A stretch of DNA of 62,982 nucleotides, filler included, from Conidiobolus incongruus B7586 (Eukaryota): NCBI GenBank assembly GCA_000697335.1. It is 20 parts of 20 records of this genome, joined end to end, with 100 filler letters (N's around TTAATTAATTAA, not from the genome) between each part and the next. Parts side by side here need not be neighbours in the genome. Positions count along the whole stretch, not along the records: positions 1 to 3,082 come from JNEM01004039.1; positions 3,183 to 4,424 come from JNEM01004042.1; positions 4,525 to 5,532 come from JNEM01004046.1; positions 5,633 to 10,752 come from JNEM01004047.1; positions 10,853 to 12,078 come from JNEM01004048.1; positions 12,179 to 13,946 come from JNEM01004049.1; 14 more parts are not named here. One strand, given 5' to 3'. Below, in pieces: positions 1-12,336 of this stretch (within the stretch, counting starts at the first letter, position 1; the number at the start of each line of letters is the position of its first letter). The notes below the pieces were generated by a model. The model did not search any database, was not told the DNA's origin, and worked only from the letters and a program-made list of their open reading frames with translations. The translations under genes and the position numbers were made by a program.

Positions 1-1601
1 TATATTATATTGATTATATTTTAGTTTAATAATATTACAAAATAAAATTATAAGTAGTATAAAATATAATATTTAAATGAAAATAATAATTTATTTATAT
101 TCAATTATGGTTTTTTTTCTATATTGTATAATATTATTAAAATATTTAATTATAAATAATAAAAGAAACTATTATTAATAATATATATTTAAATTTAATA
201 TTCTATATTTTATCTTAAAAGAATAAGAAAATAATTTAATCAAATTAGGAATTAACGAGAGTGATTTAATTATAAAAATTATTTATTTAAGTTTAAAATT
301 ATATAAATTGATATACTGTATTTAAATGTAAATTTCAAATATTATATTTTTTTAAATTTAATAAAACTAATAGATATATTGATGAAAATCAAAATATTTA
401 ATATCAAGAAAATTCCATTATATATATTAATTTTATTGGAATATGCATATAGATTTTGAAGATAATGAATTTAATGCTTTAAAGATGATTTGTTAAATAT
501 ATAATACTCTATCTATCGACAGGAAGAAAAAAAACAGTGTAAATAATCGAAATGATTTTTGAATATATAAGCTTTTGTTAAAAATTAATATAGCTGATCT
601 GACACATTCAAATATTATATGTCCTAAATATTAGTTTCAGCTTTAAAATTTTCTATGTTAAAAGACAAACAGTGATAGTAAATAATGACCATAATTACTA
701 TGCTAATATTAATATTATAACTTTCAAATTTTTAAAAATTTGAATTGATTATTTAAATATAAATTTGAAGGCTTTTATTTGATCTTAAATCAGAAAACTC
801 AATATTTATAGAATAAAATTTCCATCAGATCGATTGTATATTTATAATCCCCGTTTGGACTTAATCTAACCTCGTAAACAGGCACCTTATATGCTGATCT
901 TACTGCTTCACTTGGTATGTTACCGGTCCAGTGAAGTAGATCCTATCGCAATGAGAGAAATTTTAGAAAAATCATAAAAAATGAAATATTATTTAAAATT
1001 GAATTTTATATGAGTAAGATAACGATATTTTATGATCAACTTGGAGTTTATCAAAATTATAAAATGTAATGATGATAAAACAATTAATAACATGAACTAG
1101 GTTCGAATTATATATAATATCCAAATATGGTGATAGAATGCAAGAAAATATTATGATTAAAGTATAGTGGAAATATTAACTATTTAGTCATATAACAGTC
1201 AAAAAAATGACTTTCAAATTAAATCAGTTGGTTTGATTTTAATATACAAATATTTGGCAGAGTTTATTTTAGAATCAGAGCAAAATGATGGGTTTGACTT
1301 AGTGATATATTAAAGGTTGATGAAATCTCTATAAGGAAAGCCAAAATATATTTTAATAGATAAATATAATTTTCTAAATTTTGAAAAGTGTAACTAATAG
1401 AAATATTACAAAGAAATTATTAAACGTCATCATTGATAATGAAACGTTCTAAATTTGATATTTATGTTATATAAAGTATTTCGAATTGGTCTAAATTTAG
1501 CTTAATAATTCATATTAGGATATGAAAATTAAAAAAATTAAAAAGTACATAGTTAATATTGTTCATTTTTAAAACAAAATTGATTTTACATAGAAGATCG
1601 A

Positions 1602-1849
1602 TTAATGATGAGCTTGGTGATTTCCAGATTCGTGGTGACCATGACCGTGATGACCATCCCAAGGATGGCGTAAACCCTATAAAACAATGAATACTTGATA
1701 TAATGAGAAATAAGAGTTATGATGCTTACAAATAAAACGGGGCCATCTTGCTTCATTCTGTAGAAGATCCAAAACCACATAGTGGCACCCATTCCTTTAG
1801 CTAAATAATAATGAACTTTACTAGCTGGTCCTAGAGCTCCTGATGCCAT
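1602..1849 (-). CDS. NDUFB2: NADH:ubiquinone oxidoreductase accessory subunit NDUFB2 (AGGG/B2-like), 64 aa, two exons (1849-1730, 1676-1602)
   Basis: Exon 1 MASGALGPASKVHYYLAKGMGATMWFWIFYRMKQDGPVLF; 53-nt intron 1729-1677 (GTAAGC...TTTTATAG); exon 2 GLRHPWDGHHGHGHHESGNHQAHH*. GATMWFWIxYR..DGPVL.G.HPW is the fungal/plant NDUFB2 signature. The ORF-track 87-aa version reads through the intron. Confidence 0.88.
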
Positions 1850-3082
1850 TTTAATATTAATAGTATTCCAATCAATAGTTTAATCTTATTAAATGATTAT
1901 CTTATCTCATTGATTTCTATCTCTTAATATTTCTATTTTAACCCTTATGGGATTCTCTTTTATACAATCATACAATTTCAATTCCGAAATCTTATGACTA
2001 ATTTATTCAGATAATTAAATTAATAAACTAATAATATTTTTGGGTTATTGAAAACTGTACTTATAATGGACTTCACAACTTCAATATAAATCTTATATAA
2101 TCAAAATTGACTTCTAATATCTTTTGAAGGACATTGCTATATATACTGCTACATGAATAATTACCAATTTCAGAGAAATAATAATAATAATAATATTATT
2201 TCTTTAATTCAATTCAGGCAAAATGAAGTTAATTAAAATATGTTAAGAATTAAGAGATAATAGTTTTTTTCTAAAATTAATTAATCTAGAAATTAAATCA
2301 CCTATATCTTTAATTCTTCAATCACTTTTATATCAAATATAATAAGTTTTTTATTATTAATTCTGTAATCATTTTTAGTATTTTTCAATAATATAATTAA
2401 CCAGGTAAAATACTATTAATTTCTGTTTCAATCACCAATTTTTAATTTAAACTTATTCTCAGTAATAAAATTGAAAATAATTTACTAGGTAAGTTTTTAA
2501 TTAATGTTTATATATCAATCAAAGGGTTTTTATTGAATTTTAAAGTACAATTGATTAAACTATTCAAATATATTATTTGATTTGTTATTATCCATTCTGT
2601 AAATTAAATATATATTGCTGATTTTATTAATTTATATAACTAATAAAAATCTTTAATATAATTTTTAGATATATATAATTAACTATATCTCTTAACAAAT
2701 AATTAAAAAATATATGATTATATTTGCTTATTAGAAATCAAATTAATTGAAAGTAAATAAAGGTTTATATGAGCTAGCCATATTTAGTTCAAATATAAAT
2801 AGTCAAAATATATCTAATTTTAAATAATATAAAATTTATATGAATAACAATAAATGACTATTAAAATTCTATTTATTAATAATAAAAATATTATAAATTT
2901 ATGAATAATTGATATATTATTGAATTTTTCTATAAATTCTAATAAATTAATTTAAATATACTAATTTGTAAAAATGAGTTAGAAAATTAAATTTATTTTT
3001 ATTTATAAAAATAATTTAATTAAATTAGCTTACACTATAATATATAATTAAATAATAGTATTTATTTAATCAAAATATATTT

Positions 3083-3182
3083 NNNNNNNNNNNNNNNNNN
3101 NNNNNNNNNNNNNNNNNNNNNNNNNNTTAATTAATTAANNNNNNNNNNNNNNNNNNNNNNNNNNNNNNNNNNNNNNNNNNNN
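3083..3182. other. Artificial assembly gap linker (44 N + TTAATTAATTAA + 44 N); 19 copies in the window
   Basis: Identical 100-nt linkers starting at 3083, 4425, 5533, 10753, 12079, 13947, 15352, 19475, 21059, 26516, 27791, 29218, 42642, 44154, 46128, 47575, 51384, 60055, 61205; the 12-mer gives stop codons in all six frames. Confidence 0.97.
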
Positions 3183-4524
3183 TTAGAATAAATATAAATA
3201 AAATATTAATTATATTCTCAATAATCTATATTTAATTAATTTTGAGTCTTTTTAAATCATAATAATTATAAATAAATACAAATAATTATTTTTTGAATAT
3301 AATATAAATGTTGAATATATGAGTCATAACAGTTAGGTATGTTCTTATTAATAGATGATATTTAAATAAAAGTAACTAATATTTTGTTATTAGCTCTACA
3401 ATATAAAAAATAAGAATGGTTATAAAAATAAATGCTTTCTCAGAATTTATATGTAAAATCTTTAGGTTTATTGTTTAATAAAGTCTTTTACAGTCTTTAA
3501 TCTGTTTATAAAAAGAAAACAAAATAACTTCCAATAATATAAGCTCCAATATAAATTTTAGCTATTTTGAAACCTATGCAACTATAAAGCTAGAAAGAGT
3601 TTTACAATAATAAATATATAAAATATCAAAATATATTATATAATTACTTAAAAAAATAATCATATTATTTATTTTTTATTATTTTATAATATTAATTTAT
3701 ATTTTTCAAACCTAATTAAAAATAATATAGATGATTTTTTAAAGTTAATTAATATGATAAATAAATATTACTTATGTATAAATATATCTTTTTATATAAA
3801 ACTAAAGACGTTATAAGTAAATTGATTAGTATTAATAGCTTTAATAGTATATTTAATAATGAGATTTAAAACGAGGATTATTATTATATATATTTTAAAT
3901 TTAATATAAATAATAATTTAATATTATTTATTATTAATAGTTATATTATTTCTTGATTTATAAATTATCAGTATTAAAAGATAATAAGGTTATAAAGAGT
4001 ATATATAATATTATTTATTTGAATTTAATTATTATAAAAAATGCAAATGATGGATAATTTAAATATTTCATAAATGCTTTATCTGAGAGTAATATAGATA
4101 TTAATATATAGTTGATATTAGTTAATAAAATAAAAACTTGAAAAAGGTATTAAATGATAATATAAAAATCAAATATATTTATTAAAATATTAATTAAATA
4201 AAGTAAGAATAAAAATATTTAATAAAGATTTATAAATATAATAACAATCAAAATAATTAAAGAATTAAAAAACATAATATATATTGAAAGCTATTTAAAT
4301 GATTTTCATATAATATGAGTTTATAAAATTTAATAAAATTTTTTAAATAATATTCTTAATAAAATAATATCAAATTCATAATATTTTAAATAATATATTA
4401 AAATTATATTACTCATATTTATATNNNNNNNNNNNNNNNNNNNNNNNNNNNNNNNNNNNNNNNNNNNNTTAATTAATTAANNNNNNNNNNNNNNNNNNNN
4501 NNNNNNNNNNNNNNNNNNNNNNNN

Positions 4525-5020
4525 TAATAAGATAATATTTTTTATTATATTATAACATCTATAACCAAATAATTTAAAAATAACAAAATAATAGTTATAA
4601 AGTAATTTTTTTAATTTTTTAATTTTTTAATTTTAATTAAATTAAATATCTTTAGGATTAATTTAAAAAAGTTATTAAAGCTTTCCCATTAATAAAATAT
4701 TTAAATTAACTTTTAAAATATATTCAGGAAACATAAAATAAAATCAACCTGTTTTAATATAAAAATTTAAAGATAGATATATTAAGTTTTAATTTTTTTT
4801 TATCACCAAAAACCTACAAATTTATGATTTATTTTAGGTAAAGTTTAAAGGTTTATATTTTAACCAATTAATAACTAAATATCATCATTTAATAATATAT
4901 ATTATTAATAAATATAATAGATTAATTATTTAATTTAAGTTTATTTTATTAAATTTTAATTAATTTCTTAGTAAAAATATAAGTGTTTTTGATATTATGA
5001 CTTATTTTTACTGGTTAGTA
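4525..5020 (+). mobile_element. Degenerate Tc1-family transposon, 3' part with right TIR (5' cut by gap)
   Basis: Begins taa taa gat aat (QQDN) and aligns with the copies at 12.3-13.9 kb and 61.3-62.9 kb; ends in the TIR ...tatgacttatttttactggttagta|ta. Confidence 0.8.
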
Positions 5021-7499
5021 TATTTATTATGTTTTTTAGTTATATTTTTAATTTTTTAATTATATCTAGAAAATTTTAAATAATATAGAGTCTATTTAAT
5101 TTTAATTTTTAAAGAATCAAATATTTAATTATTTATAAAATAAATTATAAAATATAAATTTTTTAATTATTTAATTTAATTTAATTTAATTTAATAAAGT
5201 TTGTAATAAATTTAATAATATTTTAAATTTAATAAAATATAACAATATTTTTTATCAATAATAAAAATAATTTATAAAGATATATTAAGTTAATAAAATA
5301 TTGTTTAAAAGGTTTAAAAAGGTAATATTTTGATATTTTAGATTTTTTTAAATATAACCATTTAAATATATTTAGTGATAATTATAATTATGGGAAAAAA
5401 ATAATCTTTTAAAGCTTAAATTAAGAACCACTATTGATAAACAATAGATTATCTCAAAATTAAGGGAAATTCATAATATTTATCAAATAAGATAAAAATA
5501 ATTTATTATAAATTAAATTTTTTAAGTAAAATNNNNNNNNNNNNNNNNNNNNNNNNNNNNNNNNNNNNNNNNNNNNTTAATTAATTAANNNNNNNNNNNN
5601 NNNNNNNNNNNNNNNNNNNNNNNNNNNNNNNNATAGAGTTATTATTTATATAAAATTTATAATAAAAGTATATATTTCTAAAATACTTTATAATTATCTG
5701 AATATTTAACTTTTTACTATAATTATCAAAATTTTGGTTAATTTTGATAAATATATAAAAAGATAAATTTATTAATATATTTTAAATAATTATTTTAATT
5801 TAGTTATTTTTTATATAAAATATCTTTTTATTATATATAATTATTTTGTATTTGAATAAAATAAAATTTAAAATATTAAAATAATAAATCAATTAAGTTA
5901 TATTTAATTATATTATACTATATTATTTATATATCCAGTTAAAATTTAATTATTTTATTTCAGCCCTATATTATCTAGTATTAGGAACTAGGGATATTGC
6001 TGTATTTTTGGAAAACTCTCTTAATTTTGATTAAGGAAAAAATCATTGTTTTTATTGAGATAAAGTTTGTGATAATATAAATAAAATAGATTAGGAATAA
6101 ATTATAGGAGAGTTTTGATAACAGGTAAAGGGATATGAGGCTATCAAGTAAATATATGACAAACTCTTTAAATAATGGCTTTTTATTTAATATAGGTAAT
6201 ATATTAAAATATTGATTTATATTTTTAATAAGAAATTATTTAAGTAAATATTGATGCTTTATAAAAGAACCATAGGTTTAGTCTAATGGTAAACCAAAAT
6301 AGTTTTTTAGTTATTATTATTATTTCAAATATAATTTAGGGTAATATAAAAAAAATAGATTTTTGAACAAAACAATATTTAACTTTTTTTCTTACTTAGG
6401 TAGAGATAATAAAAGCTAACTTCATATTGGTTAATTAGTTTTAATTGATTATTTAATAAATTCTTTATTTAATAATATATTAGATTTTTCACTTAAAGAT
6501 ATTTTATTAAGCAAAAGGACTATTTATAATATTCTTAATATTGATTATGATAGTAGTCAAGTTTTTATAGCTACAAAAATATAATTGTATTATAAAAATA
6601 AGGTGTTATTAATTAATAATCACAAAGTGTAAATTATTAATACAAGATTGATTTTTTAACCAAGAAAAGACAGCCAAATTATCTTGATTAATAATACCAT
6701 GGAAAATTACTAATATAATATATTGGACTACAATATATATTTATTTTTAATTTTCAAAAGCATATATATATTTTGTTTTCCAACCATTATCATATTATTG
6801 AATTTATTTTTAAAGGCATACATTACAAATAGTAGTTCAAAATAATTTATATATTGCTATGAAATATCAAATTAAAGCTAAAAATGGTCATTGGAATTAA
6901 TCTATATTACTCAGCTTTCAACAGTATTAATGCATAACTATATAAAATTTGACAAAGTATCGATTGATTTCAATTTTAAGATAAGTATATAATATGATAA
7001 AAATGATACCTTAAAAAATAATGAATTAAAATTATATACTATAAAATAATTTTTAAATATAGAATTGAATTAAAAAAATATATTTCAAAGTCGTAAAATA
7101 TTCATTTTATAATGATTTTTATTTAAATATGATATTTGTAATTGTAATATAAAAATTAAAATCAATCTAAATATAGTACTATAATACAAGTTAAATTAAT
7201 ACTAGTCAATTCAAATTGAAAAAGCTTGAATAATAATTGATTACTTAATATAATTTAGAATTATCTAAAATCTTTAATATCAATACCAATATATTATGAA
7301 CAGGTATATATAACTATCATAATTTGAATCATGAAAGTTAGATTTGACAAAAAAATTATAAAATTTATAAAAATTTTAGTTTTTATTTATAATATTAAAA
7401 AAATTAAAGGGGAAATGTACTAAAAATAATTTGTTTTATTGAGAAATATTGAAATATTTAGTATTAAAATTTGGGTCAAATACATTAGTTATTAATCTA

Positions 7500-7858
7500 T
7501 TGTTGTGTTTAATAATAAGTTTTTAAATAAAGATCTTTGTTAGAAAAGTACTTGAAATACGATTTAGCAAATTATTTACTAATTATGTATGTCTTAAAGC
7601 TTACTTACTGTTGAGATGTTGTAGTAGAATATCCAGAAAAAATAGAATGCCTTTTTATCCTTATTACTTCTGGGTTTAAATAATTCATTCAGTGAGTGAC
7701 ATAGGATTTGGCTAAATTCTAATACAAGTAACCAAAGAACATCATTTGATTATGGACCAACAAATCCACTATAAATGAGAGGTAATATGCTCATAACTAT
7801 CAAATCAAGATGGACAGGTATTTTTGAAATACAGCACTATCCTTCATATTGAAATAGA
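7500..7858 (+). repeat. Dispersed ~350-bp repeat, copy 1 (left arm of the inverted repeat flanking the P450)
   Basis: aagtaaccaaagaacatcatttgattatggaccaacaaatccactataaatgagag is the reverse complement (one mismatch) of the stretch at ~9768-9823; similarity continues over the whole arm. Ends approximate. Confidence 0.9.
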
Positions 7859-8008
7859 ATTCTTAATTTTACTTTAGCTAGAAATATTTATTATAATTAA
7901 ACTATTCTGTAATAATATTTAGAACTACAAAATATTTATTAACTTGAATTGATATTATGAACTTGTATAAACAAACATAAAAATATTAATGAAATACTAA
8001 TATCTTAT

Positions 8009-9508
8009 TTAAATTCGTTCAAAATCAATTCTTAAATCATCGGTCTTTAACAAAAATGAACTTGTAACCTTGAGGGATTTGCCTGATGGTAATGCTCCAG
8101 TAGGTTTCACATAAAAGCGTCTGATTATATATGATATAATGATTTTTAGTTGAATAGTAGCATATTGGTGACCCAAGCACATCCTATTACCAGTGCTGAA
8201 ACCGAACCAATTGGATTCAAATTTAAGAGTGTTGATTTTGTTGTTAAGAAACCTACTAGGGTCGAATGTGTTTGGTTCTGGATAGTAATCGGGATTGCGA
8301 TGAATTGAATATATATTGGTATGGAGTATTGTGCCCTCTGGAATAATGTAATCTCTGTGTGTTATTTCTTTTTTGCAAACCCAATTAGTTAACAGGCTCA
8401 GTGCGGGGTAAAGCCTCATGGATTCCTTAATAACTGCATTAGTGTATTCCAATTGGTTCAACTGATCATGGGTTGGAATTTGGAATTGGCCATTTTCATA
8501 TTCATTTTTGCCAAATATCGTTAATGCTTCCACTCTTACTCTGTCTTGAATATCGGGGTGTTCAGCAAGTAAGTGGAGGGTAGCAGATAAAGTAAATGCT
8601 AAAGTATTCTGACCTGCTACAAAGAATGCAAAAGTATTGTTCTTTACTTCTTCATCAGTCAAACCATTAGAATCATTTATATTGGAAGCTAGTAGCAAGC
8701 TTAAAATGTCTTTGTAATTACAATCTGAAGATTCTGAAATATTTTTTTTTCTCTCTTCAAGAATAGTCTCAAAATATTGGTTCACATAGTTTAGCTTCTT
8801 GTAAAACTGACATCTTAAAGGGTTCCAAGGATGATCTAAAATCGGGAAAACCAGATATATTGGGTTAAATGCTGCATCCATTACTTCGTTGAAATATCGC
8901 ACAAATTTGTGTCTGTTCTCTGATAAAATTGAATCAAATTTCACATCCATGATTTCCCTTCCCAAAGCTTCTACCGCTACTCTTTGCATCAAATCCTCAA
9001 CATCGATATTTTGACCATGTTTGTATTCAATATATTGGAATAATTGCTCCACACAGTCACTGAAAACATGCAAATTCCATCCTTTTTTAAAAGCGGGGTT
9101 AACGACTCTGCGATGCCGCTTCCAGTCCATTAAACTAGACAAAACCACATTTTTACCAAATGCTTTGTCCAATAAGCTATTAGGAGAGAATTCATAAGGT
9201 GTTATTTTGTCAAATGTTAAATTATCAAAGGCCATCCTCTTGAGCAGCTCTGGATCACCGCTTTGAATATGCCAAGTTCCTCTAAAAATTCTCAATATTT
9301 TATGTTTTTGAAACTTGGGCATCTCACCATCAATACGATTAACAAAAGGTACACCCAAAATCATTTTGTACCACTCAGTAAACATTGGGATTGGTTTGAT
9401 ACTTTTCATATTTTCTGGAACACGACATATCCAATAAAAAAAGCATATCAAGGTGATCAAAATAGCACTCAAAGTTAAATAAATATTGCTAGGATTAATA
9501 TCAATCAT
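8009..9508 (-). CDS. Cytochrome P450 monooxygenase, 499 aa, intronless
   Basis: N-terminal TM anchor, WKRHRR C-helix, I-helix FFVAGQNT, ExxR (KESMR), PERF-like FDPSRF, heme motif FSTGNRMCLG. Confidence 0.96.
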   Translation of the reverse strand: MIDINPSNIYLTLSAILITLICFFYWICRVPENMKSIKPIPMFTEWYKMILGVPFVNRIDGEMPKFQKHKILRIFRGTWHIQSGDPELLKRMAFDNLTFDKITPYEFSPNSLLDKAFGKNVVLSSLMDWKRHRRVVNPAFKKGWNLHVFSDCVEQLFQYIEYKHGQNIDVEDLMQRVAVEALGREIMDVKFDSILSENRHKFVRYFNEVMDAAFNPIYLVFPILDHPWNPLRCQFYKKLNYVNQYFETILEERKKNISESSDCNYKDILSLLLASNINDSNGLTDEEVKNNTFAFFVAGQNTLAFTLSATLHLLAEHPDIQDRVRVEALTIFGKNEYENGQFQIPTHDQLNQLEYTNAVIKESMRLYPALSLLTNWVCKKEITHRDYIIPEGTILHTNIYSIHRNPDYYPEPNTFDPSRFLNNKINTLKFESNWFGFSTGNRMCLGHQYATIQLKIIISYIIRRFYVKPTGALPSGKSLKVTSSFLLKTDDLRIDFERI

Positions 9509-9691
9509 AATTATTTTTTTAGAATTTTTTTATAAATATATGAACTTTCGAACTTATATATACAACAAATTTGCCCCTGAAATTTATTTATCTTGTTAGT
9601 TTTAAATTTTTAATAAATTAAATAACTAATGATGTAATTTATTAAAATAAATATTTGTTTAATTATTTTAACTAATTATTTATAATTAGTT

Positions 9692-10045
9692 TTATATTAA
9701 TATTAAGGTAATGGTTATATTTCAAAAACACTTGTCCCTCTCGATTCGATAATTAAGTGCATATTATCTCTCATTTATAGTGGATCTGTTGGTCCATAAT
9801 CAAATGATGTTCTTTGGTTACTTTTATTAGTATTTATCCAAATTCTATGCCCTCACTGAATGAATTATTTAAACCCAGAAGTGATAATGATAAAAAGGCA
9901 TTCTATTTTTTCTGGATATTCTGCTACAACATCTCAATAGTAAGCTTTAAGACATACAGAATTAATAAATAATTTGCTAAATTGTAGCTCGAGTACTTTT
10001 CTAAAAACCATCTTTATTAAAAATACTTATTAAAAAATAAAACAT
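9692..10045 (-). repeat. Dispersed ~350-bp repeat, copy 2 (right arm of the inverted repeat flanking the P450)
   Basis: Reverse complement of 7500-7858, e.g. ctcatttatagtggatctgttggtccataatcaaatgatgttctttggttactt and aaaaggcattctattttttctggatattct. Ends approximate. Confidence 0.9.
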
Positions 10046-10852
10046 AATTACTAATATTTTATAATTTTGATACAAGAGAAAAATTTCAAGCATATACTTT
10101 ACATTTGTGCTATTTAATTCTATTACTAATGATAGAAATTTCTAGATTGAATTAAATGAATATTAGAGATAATAATGCAATAGGAAGATATTTTGTCAAT
10201 ATATTAATAGTAAAGTATTTGTAATGATGATATCAAATATTCTTATTTAACAACCAACCAAGTGCCTAATAATTTCAAAATTCAAAATCAATAATTATTG
10301 TGAATATAATATTTTTACTTGAATAATAATAATAATAATAATTATAATTATAATAATAACCAAATCTAAATGTATTCACATTCATAAATTTTTTATAAAA
10401 TTTTATTTTTTGATAATAATTAAAAAAAAAAATAAAAATTAAATTATTATTTTATAAATATAATAATTATACATATAATTAAATATATTAATTATTATAA
10501 CAAATTAGATTAGGAAAATATTCAACAATTATAAAATATTTGACTTATCTGATATTAATACTAAAAAGCATGATATTTAATTCTTTATAATATGTTAAAT
10601 AATTATTAATTAATTAGTTTTGAAATTTAATATTATAATTTAATTAAAATTTTATTTGATAAAATTTTTATAACTTAGTTTATTTATAAAATTCAACTTT
10701 ATCCTAAATATATAAAGAATTCAAAATAAAATTTAATTAAATTTTGATTTTANNNNNNNNNNNNNNNNNNNNNNNNNNNNNNNNNNNNNNNNNNNNTTAA
10801 TTAATTAANNNNNNNNNNNNNNNNNNNNNNNNNNNNNNNNNNNNNNNNNNNN

Positions 10853-12078
10853 TTAAAGAATATTATATTAAAAATTATAATTAAAATATAATTTTTATTA
10901 GTAATATAATATATTAGGTTAAATTTAATTAATTATTAATTGATATATCAAAATTAATTATATATTAAAGATAAGTTATAAATTTATAAGTTTTAATATT
11001 AATAAAAAATTAAAATCTATTATATTCATTTTTTGTTTTCCAAATTTTTTGAAATTTATAAGCTATAAAATCAATTAGCTTTTTATATTAAACAAAGTCA
11101 ATTTATATTCTAAGCTTCTTGAATATACTCTTAAAGTTAATTCAAATTTTTTATTTGGTGGAAAGTATTAATTAATTTATTTAATTGTTTTTAAAAATAT
11201 TTAATTTGGTTAAAATTAAAAAATTAAACAAATTATTTTATAATAATAATTTTGCTATTTTTAAACTATAAAATAATAAAATTTAAAATATAATAAAGGG
11301 TACTATTTTGTTAGAAAATAATATATGATTTATTTATCTTATATTACTCAATAGTTTTTTGAATTTGTTATTTAAAATATTTTAATATATCTTAATATTA
11401 ATTCCTTTATCACCTCTATAATATTATTTTATATTTAAAGATAATATATATCCTTAAACTATAATAAACCTATTATTGTATTTTTAAATTAAAATAACAT
11501 AATGGTTATAACATAATTTTTATCTTTTTTGAAATATCTAGCTATTTTTTTAAAATTACTAAGATATAACTTTATTTATTAAATTAAATAACCTTATTTT
11601 AATTAATGTTAATTTAACTTTAATATTGATATTTAAACTACCATATATCTTTATAATAAGATTTCTTTAATTATGAGTGTTATTTCTTAAAGTATAAGTG
11701 ATATCTATTATAGCATAAAACATATATAAGTGTATTACTATTTAATATTATACTTATATAGTTTTATAATTATTGTTATTATTTTTTATAATATTATACT
11801 TACAAATATTAATTATTATATCAATATTCTTTTTATCATACTAATATATAATTTTAATACACTTAAGTTTTAGTTTAAATGTTTTTTTAACATTATTCTT
11901 ATTAATATTAGCTATAGTAAATTAGCTAATTTTAGTAATTCTAATAATCTTATAAATTAATTAAATTTTATTATGAATTTAAGCAATATAATATTAATTT
12001 TAAAATATTTGCTTAATAATTTTATAATATATATATAATATAACAAAAAAAATTAATATAAGGTTTGTTATTTATATT
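10853..12078 (-). mobile_element. Degenerate Tc1-family transposon (both ends lost in gaps)
   Basis: Minus strand reads att att ttc taa caa aat agt acc (IIFQQDxxP relic) and is collinear with the other Tc1 copies. Confidence 0.8.
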
Positions 12079-12336
12079 NNNNNNNNNNNNNNNNNNNNNN
12101 NNNNNNNNNNNNNNNNNNNNNNTTAATTAATTAANNNNNNNNNNNNNNNNNNNNNNNNNNNNNNNNNNNNNNNNNNNNATATATTTTAAAATTATTATAA
12201 TACAAAAATTATTTTATAATTTTATATTTATTTATATTTTTAGGTTTTTTATAAAATTTATTAAAATATATTTATTTATTATTAAACTAAATAAGCTTAT
12301 TTAAATTATAAATAATTTAATATTAATATTGATATA

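Noticed and set aside
1586..1849. 87-aa unspliced ORF from the track
   Set aside because: Reads through a canonical intron; the spliced product restores the conserved HPW motif.
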